The notes beneath the pieces were generated by a model. That model saw only the letters and a list, made by a program, of their open reading frames with translations, was not told the origin of the DNA and ran no database searches. A program made the translations under genes and the position numbers. Shown piece by piece: positions 51,493 through 61,595 of a stretch of 64,000 nucleotides of DNA. Origin of the DNA: an uncultured Methylomirabilota bacterium (GTDB lineage Bacteria > Methylomirabilota > Methylomirabilia > Methylomirabilales > 2-02-FULL-66-22); the NCBI GenBank assembly GCA_963845565.1, contig CAWJSJ010000002.1, forward strand, positions 256,001 through 320,000. The letters are read 5' to 3'. Position 1 is the stretch's first letter, and each line of letters opens with the position of its first letter.

Positions 51493-53001
51493 TCAGCCCC
51501 GCAGGGCCTTCATCAGGGCGGCGCCGGCCGGCTCGGTCAGCCAGTTCATCAGGCTGGGCCAGAGCCCCAGCACGACCACCGCCAGGGACAGGAGGACGAG
51601 CGGCAGCAGCATGCTGCCCGGCAGGGCCGCGCCGCGCTGCACCACCGCCGAGGGCTCCTTGCGGTAACAGGCGTTCACCAGGGGGGCGTAGTACGCCAGC
51701 GACAGGACGCTGTTCAGCGCGGCGAAGATCACCAGGCCCGCGATCAGCATGTTGTGCGTGGCGAACCCGGCCACGAAGATCTGCCACTTGGACATGAAAC
51801 CGGCCAGCGGGGGCAGGCCCCCCAGGGCCAGCAGGGCGAGGCTCAACGCCAGGGCCGCCAGCGGGTAGCGCGAGGCCGCGCCGTCCAGATCGCGAATGGT
51901 CAGGGCGGCGTGGCTGCCGGCGGCCAGGTGCAGCGAATACAGCAGGGCGCCCGCGGCCAGGAAGGCCAGCCCCTTCATCAGGCCGTGGTTGAACAGGTGG
52001 AAGAACGCCCCCTGGGCGCCGGCCGCTTGGCCCACGTGCAGGCTGATTCCGAGCCCCAGGAGCATGTAGCCCACATGGCTCAGGCTGGAGAACGCCAGCA
52101 GCCGCTTGACCTGCTCCTGGCGCAGCGCCAGGAGGTTCCCGTACAGCATGTTGAGCGCGCCGAAGCCCATCAGCAGGATGCCCCAGGAGGGGGTCACCCC
52201 GGCCAGCGGCATCAGGGAGCGGAGCAGGGCGACCAGGCCCGCCTCGATCACCACCCCGGACAGCATGGCGCTGATCCCGCTGGGGGCCTGGGAGTGGGCG
52301 TCGGGCAGCCAGGTGTGCATGGGTACCATGGCGATCTTCACGCCGAAGCCGATCACGAACAGCGCCCCGGCCGCCAGCATCGCCGGCGAGCCGACCTGCG
52401 TGGCCATCCGGATCTTGTCCAGGTTGAGCGTGCCGGTCTGGGCCAGGACCAGGGCGATCCCCAGCAGGACCAGGACCGATCCCAGCGCGCTCTGGACCAG
52501 ATACTTCATGCCCGCTTCCAGCGAGGCGGCCTGCTCGCGGTAAAATGCCACCAGCAGGTACGACGACACCGCCATGGCCTCGAACCAGACCCACAGATTG
52601 AAGAGGTCGCCCGCGCACCCCAGCCCGATCATCACGCCCATCATGGCCAGGAGCATGGCGTAATATTTTTCTTCTCCCACCTCGCCGGCCATGTACGCCC
52701 CCGAGTGGAGCGCCACCGCCGTGCCGACGGCCAGCACGGTGGCCGCCAGGACCAGGCTGATCCCGTCCATCTGCAGCAGGATGGCTTCGACGCTGAACGT
52801 GCTGCGGCCCCGCGCCCCGACCTCTTGCGCGGCCAGCCCGAAGGGGATCCAGGTGGCGAGCAAGACCAGGAACGTGAGCCAGCGGACCACCGCCGGCGCG
52901 CGGCCGTCGGGATCCCGGTTCGCCCCCACGCGCCCGATGATGTAGACGAGCGGCGAGGCGGCAAGCGGCAGCGTCACCAGCCAGAAGAAGGCAGTGTTCA
53001 T
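51493..53001 (-). CDS. Mrp/NuoM-N-like proton-translocating subunit
   Basis: DLFNLWVWFE, HTWLPDAH and GLPPLAGFMSK motifs. Confidence 0.9.
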   Translation of the reverse strand: MNTAFFWLVTLPLAASPLVYIIGRVGANRDPDGRAPAVVRWLTFLVLLATWIPFGLAAQEVGARGRSTFSVEAILLQMDGISLVLAATVLAVGTAVALHSGAYMAGEVGEEKYYAMLLAMMGVMIGLGCAGDLFNLWVWFEAMAVSSYLLVAFYREQAASLEAGMKYLVQSALGSVLVLLGIALVLAQTGTLNLDKIRMATQVGSPAMLAAGALFVIGFGVKIAMVPMHTWLPDAHSQAPSGISAMLSGVVIEAGLVALLRSLMPLAGVTPSWGILLMGFGALNMLYGNLLALRQEQVKRLLAFSSLSHVGYMLLGLGISLHVGQAAGAQGAFFHLFNHGLMKGLAFLAAGALLYSLHLAAGSHAALTIRDLDGAASRYPLAALALSLALLALGGLPPLAGFMSKWQIFVAGFATHNMLIAGLVIFAALNSVLSLAYYAPLVNACYRKEPSAVVQRGAALPGSMLLPLVLLSLAVVVLGLWPSLMNWLTEPAGAALMKALRG

Positions 53002-53002
53002 C

Positions 53003-54754
53003 TCATGCGCCCCATGTCAGAAGGATCAGGACGGCCACCAACCCCCCGATGATCCCCACCAGGTTCCAGCTCAGGTGGCCGGGTTGGGTGACGCGCAACG
53101 CGTTGGCGGTGGCCTGCGTCGCGGCCACCACCTGCTCATTGATCCGCTCGAACCCGAAGCTCTTCGAGGCCGCCACGCCCAGCCACCCGAATCCGTCCGT
53201 GAGGAAGGTCAGGCGATCCCGCCCCACCCAGGCCAGGAGCCCCAGACCGACCACGCCGATGGCGAGCCAGGTGAACGGCGCGGCCAGGATCTCGTGCGTC
53301 AGCTCGCCCAGGCTGAGGGCGTGCAGCTTGTGGTGCGGCATGGTGGATTCCAGCAGATGGAAGAACGGTCCGGCGGCCAGCCAGCTCGTCAGCGTTCCGA
53401 TCGCCAGAAGGCCCAGGGAGACGCGCATCGCCGGCGTGGCGTCGTGGCCGTGCAGGTGGCTGCGCGCTTCACCGAAGAAGACCATCCAGACCATCCGGAA
53501 CGTGTAGCAGGCGGTGAGCCCCGCGCCGATCAGCATCGCGACCAGGGCCCAGGTCGGCCCGCCGGTGAGTCCCGCCTCCAGCACCAGCTCCTTGCTCCAG
53601 AAGCCGTTGAAGACCGGCGGGATGCCCGCCAGCGAAAGCGCCCCGAGGACGAAGACGGTGCAGGCGATGGGCATCTGCTTGGCCAGCCCGCCCATCTTCC
53701 ACATGTCGCGGGTCCCCACGGCGTGGATCACGGCGCCCGCGGCCAGGAAGAGCAGCGCCTTGAAGATGGAGTGGCTGAACAGGTGGAAGGAGCAGGCGGC
53801 AATCCCGCCCACGCCGATCGCATAGACCATGTACCCGAGCTGGCTCACCGTCGAGTAGGCCAGCGCCCGCTTGAGATCGGGCGCGAACAGCGCCATGCAG
53901 GCCGTGAGGAGCGCCGAGATCACACCGACGGCCACCACCGCCGTCTTCCAGCCGGGGACCGGGGCGAACGCCGGGTAAAAACGGGCCAGGAGGTAGACAC
54001 CCGCGTTCACCATGGTGGCCGCATGGATCAAGGCCGAGATCGGCGACGGGGCCTCCATGGCATCGGGCAGCCAGGTCTGGAACGGGAACTGGGCCGACTT
54101 GGCCGCCGCGGCGATCAGGAATCCGAAGGCCATCCAGGCGAGCGGGGTCGGCCCCAGCGTGGCGGCGTTCTGCAGGAAGGCGTCGATCTCGTAGCTCCCG
54201 AACAGGGCGTAGACCACCAGGGCGCCGCCCAGGAGCCCCACGCCGCCGATCTGCGTCATCACCAGGGCCTCGATGCCGGCCGAGACCGCCTTGGGATCGT
54301 CGTTGTAGTAGGAGATCAGCGCGTACGAGCAGAGCGCCGTGATCTCCCAGAAGAAGAACAGGAACAGCATGCTGTTGGTGAGGACCAGCCCCACCATGGC
54401 CCCGATGAAGAGCAGGACCAGGGAGTAGTACCGGCCGAGCTGGGGGTCGCCGTGCATGTAGGAGACCGAGAAGATGACCGCCAAGCTGCCGACGACCGTG
54501 GCGACCGCGGCCAGGAACACCCCCAGCCCGTCCGCCACGAAGGTCATGTCGCCGAACAGGCCGCCGAGGGGCAGCCGGAGCGCGACGCCGCTCCCCGCGT
54601 AGGGAATCAGCGCCAGGGACGCCAGGCCGGCGGCCACGCTGAAGCCGACCGCCAGGACGTGCTGGGTGCGCTCCTGCTCGTTCCGCGTGAGCCAGGTGGC
54701 GACGGCTCCCAGCCAGGGCAAACCGATGCTGAGGAGAATCAGCGACTGTGCCAT
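53003..54754 (-). CDS. NuoL/MrpA-like proton-translocating subunit
   Basis: KSAQFPFQTWLPDAMEAP, HAATMV and FKALLFL motifs. Confidence 0.92.
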   Translation of the reverse strand: MAQSLILLSIGLPWLGAVATWLTRNEQERTQHVLAVGFSVAAGLASLALIPYAGSGVALRLPLGGLFGDMTFVADGLGVFLAAVATVVGSLAVIFSVSYMHGDPQLGRYYSLVLLFIGAMVGLVLTNSMLFLFFFWEITALCSYALISYYNDDPKAVSAGIEALVMTQIGGVGLLGGALVVYALFGSYEIDAFLQNAATLGPTPLAWMAFGFLIAAAAKSAQFPFQTWLPDAMEAPSPISALIHAATMVNAGVYLLARFYPAFAPVPGWKTAVVAVGVISALLTACMALFAPDLKRALAYSTVSQLGYMVYAIGVGGIAACSFHLFSHSIFKALLFLAAGAVIHAVGTRDMWKMGGLAKQMPIACTVFVLGALSLAGIPPVFNGFWSKELVLEAGLTGGPTWALVAMLIGAGLTACYTFRMVWMVFFGEARSHLHGHDATPAMRVSLGLLAIGTLTSWLAAGPFFHLLESTMPHHKLHALSLGELTHEILAAPFTWLAIGVVGLGLLAWVGRDRLTFLTDGFGWLGVAASKSFGFERINEQVVAATQATANALRVTQPGHLSWNLVGIIGGLVAVLILLTWGA

Positions 54755-54757
54755 GCG

Positions 54758-55063
54758 CTATCCTCGAAGTGTGGAGATTGCCGAGACGTCAACCGAGCCG
54801 ACCCGCCGCCGGACCTGGACCGCCAGGGCCAGACCCACCACGGCAACCATGGTGTCGGCGACGATCACGGTGGCCGCCAGGCTCTGGCCCAGGCCCGCCT
54901 GGCCGCCGGCCTGACCTGCCAGGACCAAGGCCAGGACGACCGCCTTGACGAGAATCTGGAGGACGATGACGACCTTGATCAGGTTCCGCGTGATCAGCAG
55001 CCCGTAGCAGCCGACGCCGAGCAGGCCGATCACCCCGAGCAAACCAATCTGGAGCGGCGTCAT
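54758..55063 (-). CDS. NuoK/MnhC-like subunit
   Basis: YGLLITRNLIK..QSLAATVIV..LRG. Confidence 0.85.
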   Translation of the reverse strand: MTPLQIGLLGVIGLLGVGCYGLLITRNLIKVVIVLQILVKAVVLALVLAGQAGGQAGLGQSLAATVIVADTMVAVVGLALAVQVRRRVGSVDVSAISTLRG

Positions 55064-55680
55064 ACGTGCACCTCTTCCTTGTTCGCAGAGCCGTGCGCGC
55101 CCCGCGGATCGAGAGGCGCACACCCGCAGGCGGTCGGCGGAATCACCTTGACGGTCCGGTGGCCATTCCCCGCGGCCTCGTGAGCCTTCGCGCGGGCGGT
55201 CTTCCCCTCGGCGAGCAGGCCCAGGATACCCAGGACGCCGGCGAAGATCAGGACCATCTGGATCCAGACATCCAGGACGCGCTGCTCCCACAGCGCCCGG
55301 ATGAGCGGAGGCACGCGGCCCGTCAACGCCTTGCTGGGCAGAGAATAGGCCATGTACCCGAGCATCACGGCGGTGAGCAGGGCCAGCCCGACAGCCACGG
55401 GCCGGGGGATGACGGGCCCCGGATCGGAGGCGTCGTCCCCGACCACGCTGATGGCGTAGACCAAGAGAACGGTCACCAGTCCCGCGCCGACGCTGAGCTC
55501 GATAACCGCGACCTGATAGGCCCCCAGCAGGTACAGCATCATCGCCACTGCCGCGCTGACACACGCCAGGTAGATCGTCGAGGACAAGATCCTGGGCGAG
55601 GTCATGGCGCGGTAGGCACAGATAAGTGCGCCGACAACGAGGATTGAGTAGATTGCGCTATCACCCATGAGCGTATTCAT
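55060..55680 (-). CDS. NuoJ-like (DUF4040/MnhB-like) membrane subunit
   Basis: ELSVGAGLVTVL and LWEQRVLD motifs; first gene of the operon. Confidence 0.75.
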   Translation of the reverse strand: MNTLMGDSAIYSILVVGALICAYRAMTSPRILSSTIYLACVSAAVAMMLYLLGAYQVAVIELSVGAGLVTVLLVYAISVVGDDASDPGPVIPRPVAVGLALLTAVMLGYMAYSLPSKALTGRVPPLIRALWEQRVLDVWIQMVLIFAGVLGILGLLAEGKTARAKAHEAAGNGHRTVKVIPPTACGCAPLDPRGAHGSANKEEVHV

Positions 55681-55903
55681 CCTCCCTGGCGTCCATGAAG
55701 GGCAGCCATCCCAGGAGTAAGCCGAACGGTCTCTTTGTCTTGGTCAAGCCGACGAACCGAGGGGCCCACGACGAGGACGTGTCACGCGATATTAATGGTC
55801 AGCTGGTCAGACCGGTCCCCTCTCACTTTGGGGGAATTGCAAATGCGGGACCACGAACACAGAGGCATCCAACATCCTTCCGATAAAGGGGTTTGTTCGT
55901 GCG

Positions 55904-55921
55904 GGGTGAATCCATTCACAA
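55904..55921. promoter_or_regulatory. Rex-like operator upstream of the hydrogenase operon
   Basis: ggGTGAA-tcca-TTCACAA versus TTGTGAA-N4-TTCACAA (12/14 matches). Confidence 0.5.
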
Positions 55922-56007
55922 TGTTTTGCCTTCCACAAGGGACACCTTGTCTCACCTATAACCGTATTCGCTCACTTCGATGGCATATCCGATCTGTTCA
56001 CTCCAAA

Positions 56008-57168
56008 TTATTCGCGGATCACAGCATCGGGATCGCCGGACGCGGGGCGGTAGGCAGCAAGGAGTGTCCCGGACGCCGGGAGCATGATGGTGGACGCGGC
56101 GATGGCCGCGAGGAGGGGGATGTCCAGGCTCGGCACGAGATGAAGATTTGGAGCAAGCACGGCCCACCCTCGCAACACGGGGGAAAATAACACCGCGCCT
56201 CCCGGATAGACGTGGACGTAGGCGGCGAACATCCCGACGAGTACCGCAACGATCGACACCGCCAGCGACTCCCAGGTCTTCGCGGCCAACACGTCCATCT
56301 TGCTCCACCCGAGAGCCCGCAGCGTCCCGATCTCCTTCTGCTCCTCGACGCCCAGCGCGGAGGGTTTGTCGGCCGCCAGGATCACGAGGGCCAGCGCCAT
56401 CGCCAGGACGACGACTCCGGGGAGGCCGCCGCGCCAGTCAAGGAACGAGGCGGCCGTCTCCAGCATCTCTTGCCGGGTGACGACGCGAGCCCCGGGCAGC
56501 GCGCGCAGCGCCTGCTGTCGCACGCTGGTCGGATCGGCGCCGGGCGCCAGGTACACCGCGATGTCGTTCACGACGTTCGCCGGCAAGGCGAATAGGGTGC
56601 GAAAGTCGCGCTCGGAGACGACCACGAGATCCCCGGAAATCATCTCCGACCGCTCCGGCAAGACGGCTTTGACGGTCAACAGGACCGCCGTGCCGCCGTA
56701 GGAGCGGAACGCCAGCACATCCCTGCTGTACCCTTCCCGGCTGCGCGAGACGCCGGCACCGATGGCCGTCTCGCCGTCGGCCGGAGGCGCGACCTGCGGC
56801 ACGACGACGGTGTAGTTGGCCCCTCCGGAGGAATCGTAGTAGTAGCCCCAGAGGCGACCCTGCGCACGGTCCACGCCGGGGATGGACCGCAGGGCGGTAA
56901 CCGCGCTCTGCGGAATCAGCTCCTGCCGGCCCGCCACGAGGCGCTGCACGACGAGATCCGGCGAGTCGCGCAGCAAGGCCGACACCTCGAAGCGCACGGA
57001 CGACCGGAGAAACGCGAGCGACGCCAGCAGGAAGACGATCAGCGTCAACACGGCGCCCAGTACGGCCGTCTTGCCGCGGTGGCGGAGCAGGGATGCCAGC
57101 GCGAATTCGAGCAACGCGCCCTGCCGCCGGAGCCATCCCACCGATATGAGCAAGCCCTTTTCAGACAT
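56008..57168 (-). CDS. ABC transporter permease, FtsX/MacB/LolE type
   Basis: EIGTLRALGW motif; N-terminal TM, periplasmic domain, C-terminal TMs. Confidence 0.85.
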   Translation of the reverse strand: MSEKGLLISVGWLRRQGALLEFALASLLRHRGKTAVLGAVLTLIVFLLASLAFLRSSVRFEVSALLRDSPDLVVQRLVAGRQELIPQSAVTALRSIPGVDRAQGRLWGYYYDSSGGANYTVVVPQVAPPADGETAIGAGVSRSREGYSRDVLAFRSYGGTAVLLTVKAVLPERSEMISGDLVVVSERDFRTLFALPANVVNDIAVYLAPGADPTSVRQQALRALPGARVVTRQEMLETAASFLDWRGGLPGVVVLAMALALVILAADKPSALGVEEQKEIGTLRALGWSKMDVLAAKTWESLAVSIVAVLVGMFAAYVHVYPGGAVLFSPVLRGWAVLAPNLHLVPSLDIPLLAAIAASTIMLPASGTLLAAYRPASGDPDAVIRE

Positions 57169-57215
57169 TTTCGAGCCCGAATATTGGTTCGTGCGCGCTC
57201 AGCGCAAGAACCAGG

Positions 57216-57788
57216 TCACAGCAGCCCCGAGAGAACTCGCCGCAGTCCGTCGCGGTCGATTTCACCCAACACCTTGACCGCCACCGAGCCCGTCCGGTCC
57301 AGGACAAACGTCGTGGGCAGGCCGACGACACCGTAAAGTCTCGAGGTTGCCGACTCGGGGTCGAGCAGGATCGGGTAGGTCACCTTCCGGTGGCCCAGGG
57401 AATCCGTCACCACGGCCGGTGTCTCGCCCACGTTGACCGAGACCGGGGCAAAGCCGCGCTCGCGGTACTCCCCGAACAGCGACTCCAGCGCGTCGATCTC
57501 CCGGAGGCACGGGGGGCACCAGCTCGCCCAGAAATGGACGACGACCACCCTACCGCGAAAGGCATCGGGGAGGGTGACCTGCGGTCCACTCAGGGCCCTG
57601 AGGGTAACGGGCTTCGGCCGATCCCCGGGCTTCAACGCAGGTTCGGCGATCGCGCGGAGCCCGAGCGTCGCAACCGCTGCCGCGAGTGCGCCTCGGAGGA
57701 CATGGCGTCGGGTGGGCGGTGTCGGCCCCGTGCAGCCAGGCGATGGCCAGGTTGCGTGTGGCGACTGGAGGCGCTGCCGGATGTTCAC
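57216..57788 (-). CDS. TlpA/ResA-like thioredoxin
   Basis: FWASWCPPC and GLPTT motifs; possible RR signal; start uncertain. Confidence 0.88.
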   Translation of the reverse strand: MNIRQRLQSPHATWPSPGCTGPTPPTRRHVLRGALAAAVATLGLRAIAEPALKPGDRPKPVTLRALSGPQVTLPDAFRGRVVVVHFWASWCPPCLREIDALESLFGEYRERGFAPVSVNVGETPAVVTDSLGHRKVTYPILLDPESATSRLYGVVGLPTTFVLDRTGSVAVKVLGEIDRDGLRRVLSGLL

Positions 57789-57805
57789 CTGGATCCTCGA
57801 TTGGC

Positions 57806-58809
57806 TCAATACCCGTCCAGCGTGAAGGGGGTGGCCACCATGACGTAGGTTGAGATCGCCGCGAAGAGACCGAAGCACGCCATCGCGACGAGCGCCAAGC
57901 GCCTGGTGAGCGACGGCAAGACCGACGCCAAGCTCGGCGTCTGCCGCTGGTGATACAGCAGGCCGAGGCCGAGGCCGGCGATGACACCGATGAACAACAG
58001 GGCGTACATGGGATATCCGACGAAATGGTACTCCCGCTGGAGGATGCAGAACGGACAGTGATGCGTCGGCAGTTCGTAGATATAGAGCGAGATGAAGGAG
58101 ATGATGGCGGCGATCGAGACGACGAAAGCCAGGACGCTGAGCCCCGAGACGACGTACCCGCCCACGGCGCGACGCCTGAACCAACTGCCCGCCAGCGACG
58201 AGGGCGGCGATCGTCGGCGTAGAAGGCGATCCGCGTCGGGCTGCTGGGCAGCGCCGCCAGCTCCGATGCGACGCCGGAGGACGCGGAACTGAAGAGGCTG
58301 CCGCAGCACGAGGTGATCACGTCGGCCTTGAGGCCGCCGAAATACGCCGCCTGGGCCGCCGTCTCGATCAGGACGATCGGGGCGAGGACGAGGAGGAAGC
58401 CGTACTTCAGGCGGATGAGCGGGTAGTCCCGCCCGCGGTTGTCCGCGTAATTCACGATCAGCCACGCGCCCGCCAGGATGGCGCCCACGACCTTCAGCAG
58501 CAGCGTCGGGTATCCGTACGGATTCGCGTAGAGCGTGCCGGCCGCGCACATCGCCCCCACGAACAGCGGGGCAAGATCGTCGGCCGTGTATACGAAGAGG
58601 AACAGCGAGACCACTTGAAAGGCGCAGGCGTAGCTCATCGCCGTCGAGACCAGGTACGTGCGGCGCTCCAGCGCGAGCTGCGCCTCGCTGCCGCTGGACA
58701 GGTCCCAGACGCGCAGGATCCGGACCGCGGTCCCCGACGCGAGGAGCAGCAGAAAGCTGGCGAGCAGCGCGCCCACCAGCAGGGCGATGATCGGCGGATG
58801 CAGGATCAC
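57806..58809 (-). CDS. Cys/His-rich integral membrane protein, frameshift near 58215
   Basis: GAMCAAG and ITSCCGS in one frame; YIYELPTHHCPFC in another. Confidence 0.75.
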
Positions 58810-59492
58810 GACTGCTCCCCCGCGTCCAGCACGCGTCCATCCCGCATGCGGACGATCCGCTCGATCAGATCCGATTCGTACACCAGGGGGTCGTGGCTCG
58901 CGAAGATGAGCGTGCGGCCCTCATCCCGGAGGCCCCGCATGATCTCCATGAAATCCTTCGACAGAACGGTGTCCAGGTGCGCCGTCGGCTCGTCGGCCAC
59001 GACCACCGAGGGATTGTTGATCAACGCGCGGGCGATCGCCACCCGCTGCGCCTCGCCGCCCGACAGCCACTCCACCCGGACGTCGGCTTTGGAGGCGAGC
59101 CCCAGCCGGCCGAGGAGACGCGCCGCTTCGCGGCGGATCCGCGCCAGCGGCACCCCGGTCGGATACGCCGGCAGCATCACATTCTCCCGCGCCGAGAGGC
59201 CGCGGATCAGGTTGAACTGCTGGAAGATGAAGCCGAAGGCGCGCCGCCGGATCTCGGTGAGAAAGCGCTCGGGCAGGCTGGAGATCGTCTCGCCGTCGAC
59301 CGTGATGCGGCCGGAGGTCGGCCGGGCCATGCAGGCGATCAGGCTCAACAGCGTCGTCTTGCCCGACCCGCTCGGCCCGGTGATCGCCACGGCCCCGCGG
59401 CCGTCGAGCGTCAGGCTGACGTCCCGTACGGCGGCGAACTCGTTCGGGTGGCCGGCGTTAAAAATCTTGGTCACGTCGCGAAGTTCGATCAC
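58806..59492 (-). CDS. ABC transporter ATP-binding protein (LolD-like)
   Basis: GPSGSGKT, LSGGE and ADEPT motifs. Confidence 0.93.
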   Translation of the reverse strand: MIELRDVTKIFNAGHPNEFAAVRDVSLTLDGRGAVAITGPSGSGKTTLLSLIACMARPTSGRITVDGETISSLPERFLTEIRRRAFGFIFQQFNLIRGLSARENVMLPAYPTGVPLARIRREAARLLGRLGLASKADVRVEWLSGGEAQRVAIARALINNPSVVVADEPTAHLDTVLSKDFMEIMRGLRDEGRTLIFASHDPLVYESDLIERIVRMRDGRVLDAGEQS

Positions 59493-60629
59493 CTAGCCCC
59501 TCATGACCAGATCGGGATCCGTCGTCCCCGCGCGCCACGCCGGCACGACGGTGGCAACGAGGTAGGGAAACACGGTCAGGAAGAACAGGGTCGCCACCTG
59601 GTAGGCGCCGAGGGCGAGCGCCGGCCGGAAGGCCGGGTACAGCGTCGACCAGCCGAGCAGCACCGGCAGCACGGCGGGCGGGCGGGGCAATACCAGAACC
59701 GCGATGGCGAGGCCCGCCCCCAGGACGAACGCCGCCAGCGAGACCGCAGCCGCCTCGTAGCATTTCAGCAGGATCACATCCGCGGTCTCCCATCCGACGG
59801 CCTTCAGAATCCCGATCTCGCGCCGCTCGTCGGGGCTCAGGCCCGCCGCCTTGTCCCAGGCGAAGAGGATGAAGGCCAGGACGGGTACCAGCAGGGCGGC
59901 GACGATGACGCCCGATCGCCAATTGAACAGGGCGGTGTAGGTGCGGACCAGATCGTCTCGGATGATCGGGCGGGCGGCCGGGTGGCTCTCGCCGATCTTG
60001 GCGGCGATGGTCGGCAACTCTCGCCGGTTGCGCACGCGCAGCGCCAGGTCCATGGCCTGGCCGTCTGGCATCCCGCTGAGCACGCGAAAAGCGGGCTCGG
60101 CGACGGTGATCAGGGCCGCGGACTCCAGCTGGGTCGAAGTCGCGGCCACGCCGGTGATGGTAAGTGCGACCGGCTCGCCCGCGGCGGCGCGCAACGAAAG
60201 CGTCCCGCCGACCGCGAGGCCGCGGCGGCGCAGAACCTCCGCGCCGGCCGTAGCCTCGTGTTCACGCAGACGGCCGCCCTCGGCTACCCGGAGCAGCAGC
60301 GTCTCGCCGGTGGCCGGATCGGTGAGATAGGCCCAGCGGCGCGGCACGACTGCCCCCACTCCGGCGATCTGCGTCAGGGCCCCGGCGTCGGTGACGGGCG
60401 AGAGCCCGTGCCGGCCGGCGCTCAAACGCTGCACCATGATCTCCGGGGACGACTGGAGCGAGGCCACCGACTCCTGCGTCAGCGACTGGGTGAGAAAGAC
60501 GACCGAGGCCAGCGTGAAGATCACCAGTCCATAGACGCCCACCACGGCCGCGTTCTTTCGCCAGCGGCGGCGCAGGGAACCGATCGTATATCGGGCGACG
60601 CGCAGTTGTCGGTTCAGTCCGTGGCTCAT
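59493..60629 (-). CDS. ABC transporter permease, FtsX/MacB/LolE type
   Basis: EIGILKAVGW motif; paralog of 56008-57168. Confidence 0.85.
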   Translation of the reverse strand: MSHGLNRQLRVARYTIGSLRRRWRKNAAVVGVYGLVIFTLASVVFLTQSLTQESVASLQSSPEIMVQRLSAGRHGLSPVTDAGALTQIAGVGAVVPRRWAYLTDPATGETLLLRVAEGGRLREHEATAGAEVLRRRGLAVGGTLSLRAAAGEPVALTITGVAATSTQLESAALITVAEPAFRVLSGMPDGQAMDLALRVRNRRELPTIAAKIGESHPAARPIIRDDLVRTYTALFNWRSGVIVAALLVPVLAFILFAWDKAAGLSPDERREIGILKAVGWETADVILLKCYEAAAVSLAAFVLGAGLAIAVLVLPRPPAVLPVLLGWSTLYPAFRPALALGAYQVATLFFLTVFPYLVATVVPAWRAGTTDPDLVMRG

Positions 60630-60668
60630 TGGTTGACCTGCGGCCTCACAGCCAACGGAAAATGTAAG

Positions 60669-60737
60669 GCCGACAACCGAGAACCGACCAACGGTTTCTC
60701 CGATGGTGCATTGTCAGTTGTCAGTTGTCGGTTTTTC
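60669..60737. repeat. Inverted array of 7-mer repeats
   Basis: ccgacaa/ccgagaa/ccgacca ... ttgtcag/ttgtcag/ttgtcgg. Confidence 0.6.
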
Positions 60738-61071
60738 ATTGGCTGGTCCTCGGCCTTTGAACGCCGCGCTGGTCGGCCGAGCCGAGATGTGCGGGCGGGA
60801 GCACCAGCGAACCCGAGGGGAAGTGCTCCAAGGCGAGCGGGTAGTCCTGGAAGGCGCTGTGGCGGTCCGCAAGGGACGGGTGCCGTGTGTAGCGCGCGTC
60901 GGTGAACAGGGCCGGATCGGTGAACATGACCCAGCGGGCCAGCGCCCGGTTTGCGGCGAAGCGGGCCTCCGCGCTCGAGTGCCGTCGCGCGGCATCCAGT
61001 CCGGCGAGCAGGCCCAGCCCCGCCAGCATGGCGACCAGCAACCCGAAGGCCGCACTCCGACGCAGCCGCAT
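60736..61071 (-). CDS. Hypothetical membrane-anchored protein of the NosL cluster
   Basis: N-terminal TM; TDPALFTDARYTRHPS; start overlaps the NosL stop. Confidence 0.65.
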   Translation of the reverse strand: MRLRRSAAFGLLVAMLAGLGLLAGLDAARRHSSAEARFAANRALARWVMFTDPALFTDARYTRHPSLADRHSAFQDYPLALEHFPSGSLVLPPAHLGSADQRGVQRPRTSQ

Positions 61072-61595
61072 CAGTCCAGCCCCTTCAGGACGTCCGCCGT
61101 GACCTCCGCGAAGCGCAGCAGCCGCTTCCCCTTGTGATCGATCATGAACTGCCGCGCCTCCTTCTCGGCGGCAAGAGGAATCAGTTCCCGGCCCATCGGG
61201 CCCAGGACGTCGCTGCCGATGACATACCACGCTGTCCGGCCGTCAATGAGGGTCAGCGAGTAGTAGTCGGTCACGTAGAGGCGCGCGACATCGGCGGCTG
61301 TCCGCCCCGGCGCGTAGGTCCGCAGGTTGAACAGGTACTTGAACATGTCCTTGGCCCCGTCGAACACCGCGTAGGAGCCGTCAGGGTAAATCGCCTGCGC
61401 CACCCAGTCGGGGTACTTGGTCACGAACATCCCACAGACGGGACACTTGTCTGTGGGCTTCGGTTTGACCGGACCGGCTTCCCCGCCCTCCCCGGCGCTC
61501 GCCAGGAGCGCGAGGAGGACGGGGGGGAGGACGGACAGCGAGAGCAGCGCCTGCCGTCGCCCCGGATGACCGCAAGGAGCGGTACCGGGAATCAT
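61071..61595 (-). CDS. NosL family copper-binding protein
   Basis: CPVCGM, FD and YVIGSDVLGPMG motifs. Confidence 0.88.
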   Translation of the reverse strand: MIPGTAPCGHPGRRQALLSLSVLPPVLLALLASAGEGGEAGPVKPKPTDKCPVCGMFVTKYPDWVAQAIYPDGSYAVFDGAKDMFKYLFNLRTYAPGRTAADVARLYVTDYYSLTLIDGRTAWYVIGSDVLGPMGRELIPLAAEKEARQFMIDHKGKRLLRFAEVTADVLKGLD

